The notes beneath the pieces are model-generated. The model was given only the letters and a program-made list of their open reading frames with translations, did no database searches and had not been told where the DNA came from. From contig OX597839.1 of assembly GCA_951406725.2 (NCBI GenBank), forward strand, positions 30,938,001 through 31,002,000: a DNA stretch of 64,000 nucleotides, read 5' to 3'. Made by a program: the position numbers and the translations under genes. The DNA is from Octopus vulgaris. Its lineage: Eukaryota. Below, piece by piece: positions 47,355-61,879 of the stretch (position 1 is its first letter; each line of letters begins with the position of its first letter).

Positions 47355-47915
47355 CGGCATCACTCAGCAAGACTTTTGTTAGCCGCTCTCCAGCCATCTA
47401 TTTAAAGCTGTATACAGCTATGGTACGACCACACTTGGAATTCGCATCATCAGTTTGGAACCCATATCTTGCTCAGAACATTGACCTCCTGGAATCTGTC
47501 CAGAGACGTGCAACCAAACGCATACCCTCCATCAGACACCTACCATATTCTGAGCGCCTTGTTTCCCTGGGCATGGATTCACTGAAGCTCCGGCATCTGG
47601 CGACGGACTTGGTAAACACCCACAAAGTTATCAACCACCTCACCAACAACAACACTGAACACCTTTTTGATCTCCATGTGTCCAACACACGTGGACATGC
47701 CTACAAAGTCAGAAAACAGCACAGCTCCCATGACTTTCGGAAACATTTCTTCACGCTCAGAGTTGCTGAAGCATGGAATAAACTGCCTGCGTCAGTTGTT
47801 GACTGCCATGACACTGCATCCTTTAAGGCCCTCATGCTTTCCGAAATCCGCCGAAACTACACCTGGTTATATATACACTTTAGATGAGTTGTAGTGCACC
47901 TGAGCACTGTACACA

Positions 47916-47943
<28 letters not shown>
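47355..47943 (+). mobile_element. CR1-clade LINE 3' fragment
   Basis: ORF 47420-47887 MVRPHLEFASSVWNPYL..WNKLP, followed by an (ATT)n tail. Confidence 0.92.
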
Positions 47944-47946
<3 letters not shown>

Positions 47947-48290
47947 GTATATATATGCATGTGTGTGTGTATATAAAAGAGCACAGACTTGAAATGTCAA
48001 AGACTTTTCCATTCTTCCTGAACATTAATCTAATATAACTGCTTGTTTTTCCACTTGTCTTTGGCTTTTGTTTTCTGTAAATTTGAACTGTGTGTATAAA
48101 TGTGTGTGTGTAAACAGGGTTGAAATCCAAGCTGTGTCCTCTCAAAGTCCATCTGCTTATGTCAGTATTACAATCCAGTGTGTGGTTGTTATTTTTCTGT
48201 GAATTATACAAAAGAGTTGAAAACACTGGAAAATATTTTCTGCAGAGTAACAGTATCAAAACAGGAGCTGGAAAATATTTTTGTAGTATT

Positions 48291-48480
48291 TATTCCCCAT
48301 TACATGTGTTTCATTTGCTAATAGAAGGTACAAAACCATACATGAAGTAGAAAATATATATCTCTTATTAGAAATCTTTCTGACAGAGAATTTCTAATGG
48401 GAGATATCTTACATGTTTTCCACAACATATATGGTTTTGTAACTCCTATTAGCAAATGAAACACATGTAATGGTGAATAA
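48291..48480. repeat. Fold-back with ~55-bp arms (MITE-like)
   Basis: TATTCCCCATTACATGTGTTTCATTTGCTAATAG.. (48291) is mirrored at 48427-48480. Confidence 0.75.
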
Positions 48481-49099
48481 ATTTTCCAATCTCTCATTTT
48501 GGTATACATGTGTGTGTAAGTATGTATTTATAGATATATATAACTCTAGGATGTGATTTATGGGAGATTTCGCTGTTATTTCTAGGAGATCAAATGATCA
48601 TGTAGAGGCCCCTTCATTGACCCATAAAGTGGATGTTGCTACTGACGTTGTTTAGCCCCAGGTCAACCATGATTAAGCCACTCTATGATAAAATGCATTC
48701 CAGGCATAGCCACCCTGTCTTCTAAAGGTATCTAGATTTTCTTTGTGTTCTTTCTTTGTATAAGATGGTAGGGTACAATTTAATGAAGATTTAGTTGTTA
48801 TTTCTGGCAGGTCTAGTGGTTACTTCGATGCTCACTTGATGTTGTTGTTGCTGTTGTTATAGGTGTTCTTATAATTGTACTGGTCATTGTGTTCCTCACA
48901 GCAAATGTTGTTGTAGTAATTTAGTTTCCCTATTGGTTAATGGTTTAAATTTAGATATTATTTTTTATTTATTTATTTATTTATTTGCTTATTTATTTTG
49001 CATCATTCTAAGGTCAGAATTTTCCAACCTCGGGCATCTCTTGAAATATGTTCCATCTATCAAGGAAATCTTATTCATAAAACTTGTAATTATATATGT

Positions 49100-49430
49100 T
49101 TATTACCTACTGGAATGCCATACTCAAGTCATCCAGCTTTCAACTGATATCATGGAATGAAAAGTTGGAAACCTGAGAATAAAAGAAGCCATCATCATCA
49201 ACAAAACCAAACCCTGTATAAACAACAGGACTTAGTAGCACACAGCTGTCTGGCTATTACAGAAATGCTGTCCCGTGCATGCAAAGCAGCCCCTCTGTAC
49301 ACACACACTACAGAATAGAAAAGCCAGCTTATGACACCAAATCGCTGGAGATTTCCTGAAGAAGGAATCTTAAGCCCAAAATGTCAAAAAAATCAACATA
49401 AAAATATTTACTATTGACTTTTCTTATTTC
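49100..49430 (+). mobile_element. Penelope-like element 3' remnant (second family)
   Basis: 49170-49229 translates NLRIKEAIIINKTKPCINNR (GIY-YIG C-terminal L.I.EA..I....P.IN motif). A degenerate CTGAAGA hammerhead-like core lies at ~49356. Confidence 0.6.
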
Positions 49431-49985
49431 ATATAACTCACATTGTTTTGATTTGAGGGTTAGGGTCACAGTTAAGGTTTAAAGTATAGTAATATTTCTT
49501 GCAGGAGCCTCAATTCATGGAAGCCTCCTTTCCTACCCAGTTGTGAAATGCTGCAGAAAGACTTTGTGTTCTCTGACTTTATCGACTGATTGAAAACTTC
49601 AAAAGCTAACATTTGGGTTCATTTTTAGAATATGGGTTGGAGTCTGGTGGGGTCAAAGCTATTATTGGGTTTGGAATTATACTTAGGGGTCACTAAAATA
49701 CAATACATGAATCAATTGTAAAAATAACCCTGGTGTTACTGTTAAGCTGCTGCTGAATTAGGCATCAAAATAATCAATGGTAAAAAAGCCTTCCATCCTT
49801 GACCCTCCAGCTTTTCAGACTGTTTCTCTCATTGTACATTATCAAATATGTCTTCCTTTCCCTTTTATTTTCAAGATAGTAGGATGTGACTTGAAGATAT
49901 ATGGCTGCTATGTTTAGCAGGCAGGCCAGCCAACCCTGAAGAGGCTACCTTATTGGTGCCACTGGCTAAGGTTAGTGTCAAAGGC

Positions 49986-50678
49986 TCACACGTAAAATTC
50001 TACGCAACCATATTCCTCACAGGTCTTTGCCTCCCCTCCATATTTAACGAGACGAGCATCATTGGTGTGCAGACCAACAAAACAATAACCCGTGTTTTGA
50101 TTCGTTATTTTCTCTGTATAAATGAAGACATTCTTAAGATAGAAAGTTTTACCACAGAGCCGACAGAAAAAATTCGACCCTCGGTCGTCTTGTTGAATTT
50201 TACGCACATACTGAACTGAATGGCGCAACAAACAATGCTCCCTGTCCATCGGGTTATATTGTTTGTGGCAGCGGGCACAGTGGTAGTTGTTGTATGTTGA
50301 GAAGTGGTTACGGGGGAAAATAATGCCCAGGGCTATAATGTCCTTTGAGTTACGGTACTCCAGTGTTCTGAGAAGAATTTGTTGCAATATGTCTGGATCC
50401 GTTCGGTTTATGAAATCCCTTATTCTCAGGTATTCATTACTGATGTAAGCACTTTTTACAGCTGAGCTTAAGTTATGATTCTCTGCTGTTCTCGATGGAG
50501 ACAACGGTGCCAAGTCCATGTTCATTTTTGGAGAATCAAGAAGAGGTGAAGGGAGATGTTCGTTAGTTCGTTGTAGAGTCCGATATTTCCGTCCAGTGGA
50601 TTGCTTTTGTCTTGGAGTTTTATCTCTTTCATACAAATGTAAAAGATCATCGGCACTGACATATCTCCGCAAATCCAT
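49986..50678 (-). CDS. Uncharacterized ~230-aa protein with a C-terminal Cys/His-rich (putative Zn-binding) domain
   Basis: Clean ORF with coding-like composition. Strong acceptor (polypyrimidine + CAG, exon start 50692) lies 14 nt upstream of ATG 50678. Motifs: HCARCHKQY..CLLRH, CRLCGK, YCFVGLHT, KTCEEYGC. Confidence 0.8.
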   Translation of the reverse strand: MDLRRYVSADDLLHLYERDKTPRQKQSTGRKYRTLQRTNEHLPSPLLDSPKMNMDLAPLSPSRTAENHNLSSAVKSAYISNEYLRIRDFINRTDPDILQQILLRTLEYRNSKDIIALGIIFPRNHFSTYNNYHCARCHKQYNPMDREHCLLRHSVQYVRKIQQDDRGSNFFCRLCGKTFYLKNVFIYTEKITNQNTGYCFVGLHTNDARLVKYGGEAKTCEEYGCVEFYV

Positions 50679-51012
50679 TCTGGTTCCTCCACCTGCCAAA
50701 AAAAAAAAGAAAAAAAAGCAAGAAATGGAAAAAATATGTACATAAGGGATCTGAAAATGTTATCAATCACGCTAATCACGCTAATCACGCCAACCTCAGT
50801 ATACCACCAATCAGCTTAATCACAACAGACTCAGAAATTCATTGAAATTAATACTTCATGGAGAAGGTTTCAAAATGGGTTAATCCTTAAGATGTTATGT
50901 GATAAACTCCAGCATGGCCATGGTCAAATGACAGAAACAAATAAAAGAATAAATATAAATTTACCACTCACATCTCCTTAATTTTATGGTTTATACATAC
51001 ATACATACATAC

Positions 51013-51050
<38 letters not shown>

Positions 51051-51052
<2 letters not shown>

Positions 51053-51174
51053 TGTCGAGTTGGAAAACTGAGAGAGCTAATGGATACAAATTACTTTATT
51101 AATTAATCAACATATTCACCAATTAATAAATTAATTTGTATCCATTAGATCTCTCTGTTTTCTAACTCAACAAT
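51051..51174. repeat. Short fold-back (~43-bp arms)
   Basis: 51051-51093 is mirrored at 51132-51174. Confidence 0.7.
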
Positions 51175-51317
51175 AATGTTTGATATTTTATGATATTTTA
51201 TATAATATATTCATTGAAGAAATATTTCATCAAAATATATTAAATGAGTGTATCTTTGATAAAATATCCCTGTAAGAAGTTTAAGTAACCTCATTGTGAC
51301 TATATATACATATATAT

Positions 51318-51375
<58 letters not shown>

Positions 51376-51442
51376 GTTTAAATATTTGTTGTGCAAGATT
51401 TTTTATATTGGCTAAACTGGCAATATGACCATTCCGAAATAT

Positions 51443-51518
<76 letters not shown>

Positions 51519-51534
51519 ATATCAGAGTGTTGTA

Positions 51535-51993
51535 GTTCACTTGAAGTCTGATAAGAAACTTAGACACTCCCATGTCCCTGGTGATGGACCTGATTGACTT
51601 GGAGGGATCATTGTCAATCATGGCCTGGATCTCACCAACAAAATCAGGAGTTCTTTTCTTATTAGAAGAATCAGAGTGAGTTTTCCAAGCTGCCCTACCT
51701 TCGTAATCACCATTAGACTCGTCCAACTCTTCCTGAATCCTCCGCACTGTCCTCAAATTGACACCCAAACACTCTGAAATGTTCATGTTGGAGCTTTTGG
51801 CATGAATGCCAAGCAGTACAGTATGTTGTTTCCAAATTTCTAGCAGAACGAATTGCGTCATGTTGCTGTTTTTCTCACAGACGGTGCCCAACTGACCCTA
51901 CTATGCTGTGTAGTTGACAAAATCAAAATCCAAACAATGCACATGTGCAAAACCGAAAATGTAAAATGGCGACATTTTACTTACCGTACCCTG
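51535..51993 (-). mobile_element. Tc1/mariner (maT-like) 5' fragment
   Basis: TA-CAGGGTACGGTAAGTAAAATG terminus at 51993. HTH-type N-terminus [51 protein letters not shown]. Confidence 0.75.
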
Positions 51994-51994
51994 T

Positions 51995-52890
<896 letters not shown>

Positions 52891-53387
52891 GGGAGCAGGG
52901 AGGACTCTGTGTAATGAGGACAGCACAACTATTGATTGAGTAGTGGCTGCTAATCTGGGATTAAGTCTGTTGTAAATCCACTTTAATGGTATTAAGGACA
53001 CACAACAAGTATAACAGCAACAATGAGAGAACAGGAGGAATGAAAAGGGAAGGGTTTGTCACACACACACACACACACACACACGTGTGTGTGTGCAGGA
53101 ATGCATGTGTGCGTGTGTGTGTGTGTGTGTGTGCATGGGACCAAGTTGGTTGGTAGGGACCCTGAGACACCGATGGAGAGTAGTCAAGTGCAAGGCAGAC
53201 GAACAGGGGAATTCATTGGAAACAAATTGCAATACTTCCCAATGGTCGCGAAACCATACGTGATACACACACACACACACACACACACATAAATATGCAT
53301 ATATATATACATACACATATATACATACACATATATACATACACATATATACATACACATATATGTGCATATATATATATATATATA

Positions 53388-53605
53388 CTCTTTTCTTACT
53401 CTTTTACTTGTTTCAGTCATTTGACTGCGGCCATGCTGGAGCACCGCCTTTAGTCGAGCAAATCGACCCTGGGACTTACTCTTTGTAAGCCCAGTACTTA
53501 TTCTATCAGTCTCTTTTGCCGAACCGCTAAGTGACAGGGACGTAAACACACCAGCATCGGTTGTCAAGCAATGCTAGGGGGACAAACACAGACACACAAA
53601 CATAT

Positions 53606-53651
<46 letters not shown>

Positions 53652-53811
53652 GACAGGCTTCTTTCAGTTTCCGTCTACCAAATCCACTCACAAGGCATTG
53701 GTCGGCCCAGGGCTATAGCAGAAGACACTTGACCAAGATGCCAGGCAGTGGGACTGAACCTGGAACCATGTGGTTGTTTAGCAAGCTACTTACCACACAG
53801 CCACTCCTGCG

Positions 53812-53815
<4 letters not shown>
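53388..53815 (-). mobile_element. tRNA-derived SINE, full length
   Basis: Same family as 16044-16440. Confidence 0.85.
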
Positions 53816-53857
<42 letters not shown>

Positions 53858-54047
53858 ACATATATATATATACATATATACACATATATATGTGTGTGCT
53901 TGTGTCTTTTTTTGTCCGCCACCAGAGTTTGACAATTGCTGTTGGTGCATTTATATTACTGTGACTTAGCAGTTTGGCAAAAATGATCGATAGAATAAGT
54001 ACCAGGCTTAAAGAAAATATAACTACTGGAATTGATGTATTTAAAAT

Positions 54048-54204
54048 AATAATAATAATAATAAACATTGTGTACAGTGCTCAGGTGCACTACAACTCAT
54101 CTAAAGTGTATATATAATCAGGTGTAGTTTCGGCGGATTTCGGAAAGCATGAGGGCCTTAAAGGATGCAGTGTCATGGCAGTCAACAACTGACGCAGGCA
54201 GTTT
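54048..54204 (-). mobile_element. CR1 extreme 3' fragment
   Basis: Matches 8998-9145. Confidence 0.85.
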
Positions 54205-56799
54205 AAGATTCTTTTTGTGTGCCCCAGCATGGCCACAGTCTAAATGACTAAAGCAAATAAAAAATAAATCGTAAAAGATAAAACAAAATCTAGAATATTA
54301 ATAGAATGATTATGTTTTTCTTCTTACTTTGGTTGTCGTTAATTAATTGTCTTCTATCACTTGATTAACTTTCATCTCCTTCTAATTATTCTAATTGCAG
54401 TCATTAAAACAACCAACTTCTCGGAGTCATTGATGAACCAGTTTCTGCTTTGCAATTGGATGTCCGTCTCCAGATTACTGCTCCCTTCTGCAAAATAGGG
54501 ATGAAGGGAGTCATACTTAAAGAAAGAGAAGAGGGGCTGAAGCAGCACCTATTCTTTGGGGGGGGGGGTAATGTTTTGGCATTTGTGAAACTCATTAAAG
54601 AAGTAAAGTGAAGAATTAAAGAATGGGGAAACTGTAGGGAAGCCCAATAGAAATATTAGTTTCAAATCTTGGCACAAGGCCAGCAATTTCGTTGTGGGGT
54701 GGGAGGTAAGTTGATTACATTGGTCCCAGTGTTCCACTAGTACTCTTTCTGTTGACCCCCAAAGGATGAAAGGCAAAGTTGACCCTGGTGGCATTTGAAC
54801 TCAGAATGTAAAGTTACCAGGCAGGCTAATGATTCTACCAGCCTGCCATCTTAAGACAGGTAGAAACATTGATGTGTGTGTGTGTCTGTGTGTATGAAGG
54901 GTGGAAGGTACTGGGAAATGGGACTGTGTCCTTGTGTTTCTTTATCCCCCATGACTGCTTGATAACCAGTGTTAGTTTGTTTGCATCCCCATAACTTAGT
55001 GGTTTGACATAAGAGACTGCTAGAATAAGTACTAGGCTTTAATGAAAACAGGTCCTGCGAGTGACTCATTCAAATAAAACCTTTCAAGGTAGTGCCCCAG
55101 CATGGCCACAGTCTAATGAAAGAAACTGATAAGAAATAAAAACATACCTACACAGGTGTGCATCCCCACCCCATCCAACTTTGTTTCCTCATAACTTAAA
55201 AAATAAATATTTTCAATGAAATTTTCTACAAATACTTTTAAGATGGCTTCCCAACCACATGGTTCCAGGTTCAGTCCCACTGCATGACTAAATAATAGTC
55301 AATTTCATATTACCTACGCACGTTTCAATTTCTTACCTTCATTAATATTTTGCAATTAAGATTACTTTATGCATTTGAAAGGTAAAAGCCTCTTCAGGGC
55401 AAAAATTGACTAATATTCGTAGACATTGTCTTGGGTGGAGAGTTGCTTATAGACTGAGATAGCAGCTTGCTTTTGTGTGTGTTGGGCATGAGTGGATTTT
55501 GGATTCCTTTCTAAAAATACATATATGTATGCACGTGTGTCTCTGTATCTGCATTTGTCCTCTACCACCACTTGAGAACTGGTGTTGGTGTGTTTACATC
55601 CCTGTAACTTAGGAGTTTGGTAAGAAAGATCAATAGAATAAGTACCACCCTTAAAAAAAAAAAAAGGCCTGGGGCCAACTAATTTGACTAAAAAATTCTT
55701 CAATGTGGTGCCCCATCATGGCCACAGTCACATGACTGAAATAAGTAAAAAGTTATGAGGAAACAAGTCAAGATGAAGTTATGCCAGATCAATCAAAATG
55801 CTTGTGGTGCCATCGTAGGATGTTTTAAAAACTGCCTCAACAATGAAAGGTCAGCCACAAGAAGTTACCTTTTGCAAAAAATACAAACTTTTCAATCATT
55901 TGAGTGATTCTTAGTGTTTTTCTTATTTTTTTGTTTAAGGTTTTTGGCATTAAGAAGGGCACCCTTCCATAGAAACCCTGCCAAATCACACTGGAGTCTG
56001 GTGCAGCCCCTCAGCTTACCAACCCTGGTCAAACCATCCAGCCCTTGCCAGCATGGACAATGGTCATTTAATGATACAAATTCCACATTTTAAAGTGATC
56101 TAAATTAAAATCTTTCATCAAAATTCCAAGTTAATTTTTATTCCAAAACCATCCAATTAACGACAAATTCCTCAAAAGGTTCAAAGTTAATCAAAACAAA
56201 GGCCATGGATTTCACCAGAAATTTGGTAAGAAAATGGTTAAAGGTTACCATTAAGAATAAGAGATGTAAGACAAGCTTTATGTGGTCAGTCTGCATGCAT
56301 GAAATAGATGTTAAATTTCCCTCAAACCACACTGTAACATCTTAAAGAAATGTACTCTGTTAGATAATGTAGTTTGATAGATACATTGTCTGACTCATAG
56401 ATGAGATGGTCATGAAAGGAACGATTTTGATCAAACATCTGCTTGAGCAGAGTTCATCTGAAACAGCTAACCTCCTAGAAACAACAGCCAAAATCGCCTG
56501 CATATCATACTAGTGTTTTGAAAAAAGGGAAGGACATGCTGGGTAGATCATACCTGAAAATAGTAGGGATGGTCACAAGTGGAAACCCTTATATATTAGG
56601 TCTGCTTGATCAGGGTAGGTTTGGAGAGAAAAATAGAAAGGAGAGAGGAAAAAAGAAGACAAAATGATGGAGAAAGAACGAATGAGGGAAAAATATTAAG
56701 GATAACGAAAGAAGCAAAATGTGAGATAAAGGAAGGAGAAAAGGAAAGAGACTGAGAATGAAAGAGAAGGAAGAATTATAGAAAAGAAGAAGAAAAAAT

Positions 56800-56807
56800 A
56801 TATATAG

Positions 56808-56847
<40 letters not shown>

Positions 56848-57067
56848 GGGGAGAGGGAAAAAGAGACATAAGCTGAATACAAGTAAGAAAGAGAGGAAGA
56901 AGATTGATTGAAAAAACATAAATAGAGAAAAAGAAGAAAAAAAACTGGAAGAAACTTTCTTAAAAAATTGGTAAAAGGAAAAAGAAGAGGAAAAGAGAGA
57001 GTCAGAGAGAGAGATAGAGAGATAGACAGACAGACAGACAGATATATAGAGAAATAGATAGATAGAT

Positions 57068-57112
<45 letters not shown>

Positions 57113-57191
57113 GATAGATAGATAGATAGATGATAGATAGACAGATAGATAGAAAGATAGATAGATGGATAGATAGAGAGAGAGATAGATG

Positions 57192-57229
<38 letters not shown>

Positions 57230-57580
57230 AAGATAGATAGACAGAGAGAGAGAGAGAGACATAGATAGATAGATAGATAGATAGATATAGTTACATATAG
57301 ACAAGCAAACAAAATACAGGTAGACAGGTATATGGAATGAGATAGAAAGAGAGAAAGAGAAGTCGATACATAATAAACAGACAACAGGCAGACGGACAGA
57401 CGAATGGACCCCTGTTCTGTTGGGGCAGTTTTGGTTCCTTTTTCAGGTGAGTTGTTGTGGGCACTGAATACGGATAAGTTCATTATGCAGAGATAGAAAG
57501 ATAGATAGCTCAAGTTACACAGAGAGACAGATAGATAGGTAAGCAAAAGACAGACAGACAGATAGAGAAAGAGAGAGAGA

Positions 57581-57615
<35 letters not shown>
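56800..57615. repeat. (GATA)n/(GA)n/(GACA)n compound microsatellite region
   Basis: Direct inspection. Confidence 0.9.
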
Positions 57616-57616
<1 letters not shown>

Positions 57617-57625
57617 AACACTTAC

Positions 57626-57776
57626 CGAAGACATCAATGATTTCAGTTTGATTCGTTTATTGTTGCTTGTGCAAGATGGTGGATCCTGCTAAGTGTCGCC
57701 CTCTACCAGAGACACTGGCAGTTAAGCTCTTGAGTCATTCTCGTCACTTTGACTGACAACATTAGTCTACAGTAAA
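57626..57776 (-). other. Candidate 5'-UTR exon of the 49986-50692 gene
   Basis: Island of unique sequence bounded on the minus strand by a pyrimidine tract + CTACAG acceptor and a G|GTAAGT donor. Confidence 0.4.
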
Positions 57777-57980
57777 CTGTAGTGATGGCAGAGAGAGAGG
57801 GACACACAGACAGATGCTTGAATGGATTAACATCACAACAACAACAACAACATCGACAATAATAATCCTTTCTACAATAGGCGCGAAGTCTGAAATTTTG
57901 GGGAAGGGAACTCTTGAATTATATTGACCCCCGGTAATTACTTGGCTGGTATTTATCTCATTAACCCCCAAAAGATGAAA

Positions 57981-58023
<43 letters not shown>

Positions 58024-58418
58024 TTTCATGAATTCATTCATTTATTTATTTATTCTACAGCAGACAGAATAAATGACCTTAACCGAAATTCACAGAGACA
58101 TTCCCCTACCCATCTTTAATAATAGCAAATTCCCCCTTCCCACCCTGCACTTCCCCCTCTCCTTTTCTTCTTCTTCTTCTTCTTCACCCAGTTCCATGTA
58201 TGACTTCTCTCACTCTCTGCTTTCCACATATTTTCAATCAAATCCCCTGCAAGTTAACATGGGATCCCTTGACAGCAATGGAATCTTTATTTGACTCTAT
58301 TTGACCTTTGGCCTGATGAGCAATTAGAGCAGTATCCCCCCCCTTCACCGTTTCAGTAATTACTACTTCTCAGCTTCTGTAGCTGGGATTTTATCTACTC
58401 CAGTCCCTAACTTCAGAT

Positions 58419-58452
<34 letters not shown>

Positions 58453-58458
58453 TATACA

Positions 58459-58586
58459 CAGGGTGATTCAAAAGTCACTATACATAAGAACAATTTATTT
58501 TTTTATAAGAAACAATTTTTTTATTTAACTGTTTCTTATAAAAAAAATAAATTTTTCCTATGTATGGTGACTTTTGAATCACTTTG
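58459..58586. mobile_element. Tc1/mariner-type MITE (fold-back)
   Basis: CAGGGTGATTCAAAAGTCAC..GTGACTTTTGAATCACTTTG inverted arms in a TA/CA context. Confidence 0.75.
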
Positions 58587-58794
58587 TGTATATATATATA
58601 TACATATCAATCACACCCCTCTAATGTCCGGTCAGAGGTAGAGCACTCTGACCAGATACTTGAGGGGTGTGAGTTCAATCCTTGTGGCTGGTTGCCCACA
58701 AATTTTTCTGTTCGAAAAGAATTTTATCCTATATATGCTGTTCTATCAGGATTTACACCCTGAAAAATATATCCTTCTACTTGTTCTATATATA

Positions 58795-59005
58795 TATATA
58801 TTATAGGAAAAATCAAAATCAAGGCAGAACAAGTATCTCAAGTCATTTAGGATTTGAAGTCTTACAGCCGTTTCTGCTGACCAACTATTTGGGTTATCCC
58901 AGAAACAGCTGTAGGACTTCAAATTCACCTTACCCAAATCCAATTATTCTGAATGACTTGAGATACTTGTTCTGCCTTAGATTTGATTTTTCCTCAAATA
59001 TAATA
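58795..59005. mobile_element. Inverted pLTR-like remnant (probably Penelope-derived)
   Basis: Inverted arms each carry a hammerhead 3' half, GAAAC-(A/G)GCT-GTA-(G/A)GACTTC. Confidence 0.55.
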
Positions 59006-59157
59006 TATACATACTAAAACAGAACCCTAACACTGACCCCTGGATCCAACTATAGCACCTATTCATTTAGAACTAAACCCTTTATATTCTCTCTCTCGCT
59101 CTGACTCTCTGTCTGTCTGTCTGTCTCTCTTTCTCTATATATATATACATATATATG

Positions 59158-59211
<54 letters not shown>

Positions 59212-59427
59212 TAGTGAGATGTACTAAAACCAGTGCCATGTAGAAAGGCACACTTGTGCTGGTGTCACATAAAAAGCACCCTTTGTAGAAACTGTACCAA
59301 AACACATGCCTGGAGCCTGGTCAGCTCTCCAGCCTTGCCACCTCCTATCAAATTGTGTAAGCCATGCCAGCATGGAAAACAGACATTAAATGATGATGAT
59401 GACGATCGTCATCATCGTATGTATAAA

Positions 59428-59830
59428 TAGGCACAGGCATGGCTTTGTGGTAAGCAGCTTGCTTACCAGCCACATGGTTCTGGGTTCAGTCCCACTGTGT
59501 AGCACCTTGGGCATATGTCTTCTACTATAGCCTCAGGCTGACCAAAGCCTTGTGAGTAGAGTTGGTAGACGGAAAATGAAAGAAGCCTGTCGTATATATG
59601 TATATATATATTTATGTGTGTATATGTTTATGTGTTTGTGTCTGTCTCCCCACCATTGCTTGACAACCAATGTTGGTGTGTTTATGTCGCCAAAACTTAG
59701 CAGTTTGGCAAAAGAGACCGATAGAACAAGTACTAGGGTTACAAAGAATAAGTCCTGGGGTCGATTTCTTTGACTAAAGGTAGTGCTCCAGCATGGCCAC
59801 AGTCAAGTGACTGAAATGTGTAAAAGAGTA
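59428..59830 (+). mobile_element. tRNA-derived SINE
   Basis: GGCACAGGCATGGCTTTGTGGTAAG..GGTTCAGTCCCACTG..CAGCATGGCCACAGTC. Same family as 16044. Confidence 0.8.
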
Positions 59831-59837
59831 TATGTAA

Positions 59838-59873
<36 letters not shown>

Positions 59874-60369
59874 TGTGTGTGTGTTGCATACACACTTTTA
59901 AAGGCACAAAGAGAAAATAACTCCATGTAGCCAGTGGCACAATGGAGGCACAGAAAGCCATCTATAGCATATCATTAATTTCTTAAAGTTTCATCACAGA
60001 TAGAGAAAGGAAACAAAAACCCAGTGGGAATTATTTGTAACTGAGGAAGGGAGATAACTACGATAAATGAAAAATTCATGATTGAATTACCATGTTCAGG
60101 AAAAAAAAGGAGAGTTTGGGGTCTGATCTGATTATGGTTATAGGGACAATGGGATATAAAAGAGGGAGAGATGAGTGAATGGTGGGAGTGGGGGTACAAA
60201 AGTAGGATAGAAAGTAGTGAAATTAAAGGAGACAGAATGAGAGAGAAAGAGAGAGAGGAGAAGCAAGTGAAAGAGAGAGAGAGAAGGAGGAAACAAAATG
60301 ATGATGATGATGTGAAAGTGAAGATTAAGATTATAAAGAAAAACAATAGTATTTTAAATAAATAGTCAG

Positions 60370-60493
60370 AAAGACAGACAGACAGACAGATACATACATA
60401 TGTACATACAGAGAGAGAGAGAGAGAGATTGATAGATAGATATGTAGATAGACAGACAGACAGATAGATAGATAGATAGATAGATAGACAGAC

Positions 60494-60576
<83 letters not shown>

Positions 60577-60585
60577 TAGATAGAC

Positions 60586-60620
<35 letters not shown>

Positions 60621-60625
60621 CAGAC

Positions 60626-60663
<38 letters not shown>

Positions 60664-60715
60664 GCTAACCAATAGATAGATTGACAGAGACAGACGGGCA
60701 GATAGGTAGATAGAT
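60370..60715. repeat. (GATA)n/(GACA)n microsatellite
   Basis: Direct inspection. Confidence 0.95.
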
Positions 60716-61303
60716 AAAGTAATTAGTAAATAATCCCTTAATCCTCTTAAGGCTTGTTAAAGTGAGCTGCAGGTGGCAAGTGGAATACATGTGGTTGGCT
60801 CATTGTTTGTGAGGTTAATGATTAAACAATGAAAATAACGAATCTTGTTAATTTGGAAAACACACCTTGCAGGTAAATAAAGAAAAGAAAACAACACAAC
60901 CCCCACCCCTACCTCACCACTCTTCAATGTTGTAAATTTAATTAATGCTGAAGTGAAGAAAGAAGAAAAAAAACCAAGGGTCTGGATCTGATCTCTTTGA
61001 GTGGTGCTGTGGGCAAACATCTTACTTAGACTTCAGTTCACCATTGCCTTGTAAGGGTGAAAAGGTCTGTCAGGGGTTTGCTCAGCACAGTGCAGAAATT
61101 GCAAGGGCTACTCAGAGGATTTGCAAGCTCTTCTAGATCGATTGCAATGGTGGAAACCCTTCCATATCATCAGCAGGTTTTTCAGGGATACAACTGTTTT
61201 GCCCCTTATTCTGCACTCCAGACCTATCTTCTGCAGGAAAGAGTTGACAGAAAGCCACAGCAACCAATAGGGGAATGAGGCCACATGCCATTCCTTGTTG
61301 ATT

Positions 61304-61879
61304 AAATAATAATAATAATAATAAACATTGTGTACAGTGCTCAGGTGCACTACAACTCATCTAAAGTGTATATATAATCAGGTGTAGTTTTGGCGGATTT
61401 CGGAAAGCATGAGGGCCTTAAAGGATGCAGTGTCACGGCAGTCAACAACTGACGCAGGCAGTTTGTTCCATGCTTCAGCAACTCTGAGTGTGAAAAAATG
61501 TTTCTGAAAGTCATGGGAGCTGTGTTGTTTTCTGACTTTGTAGACATGTCCACGTGTGTTAGACACATGGGGATCAAAAAGGTGTTCAGTGTTGTTGTTG
61601 GTGAGGTGGTTGATAACTTTGTGGGTGTTTACCAGGTCTGTCGCCAGACGCCGGAGCTTCAGTGAATCCATGCCCAGGGAAACAAGGCGCTCAGAATATG
61701 ATAGATGTCTGATGGAGGGTATGCGTTTGGTTGCACGTCTCTGGACAGATTCCAGGAGGTCGATGTTCTGAGCAAGATAGGGGTTCCAAACTGATGATGC
61801 GAATTCCAAGTGTGGTCGTACCATAGCTGTATACAGTTTTAAATAGATGGCTGGAGAGCAGCTAACAAAAGTCTTGCTG
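61304..61879 (-). mobile_element. CR1-clade LINE 3' fragment
   Basis: ORF 61378-61824, same subfamily as 8998-9516. Confidence 0.92.
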
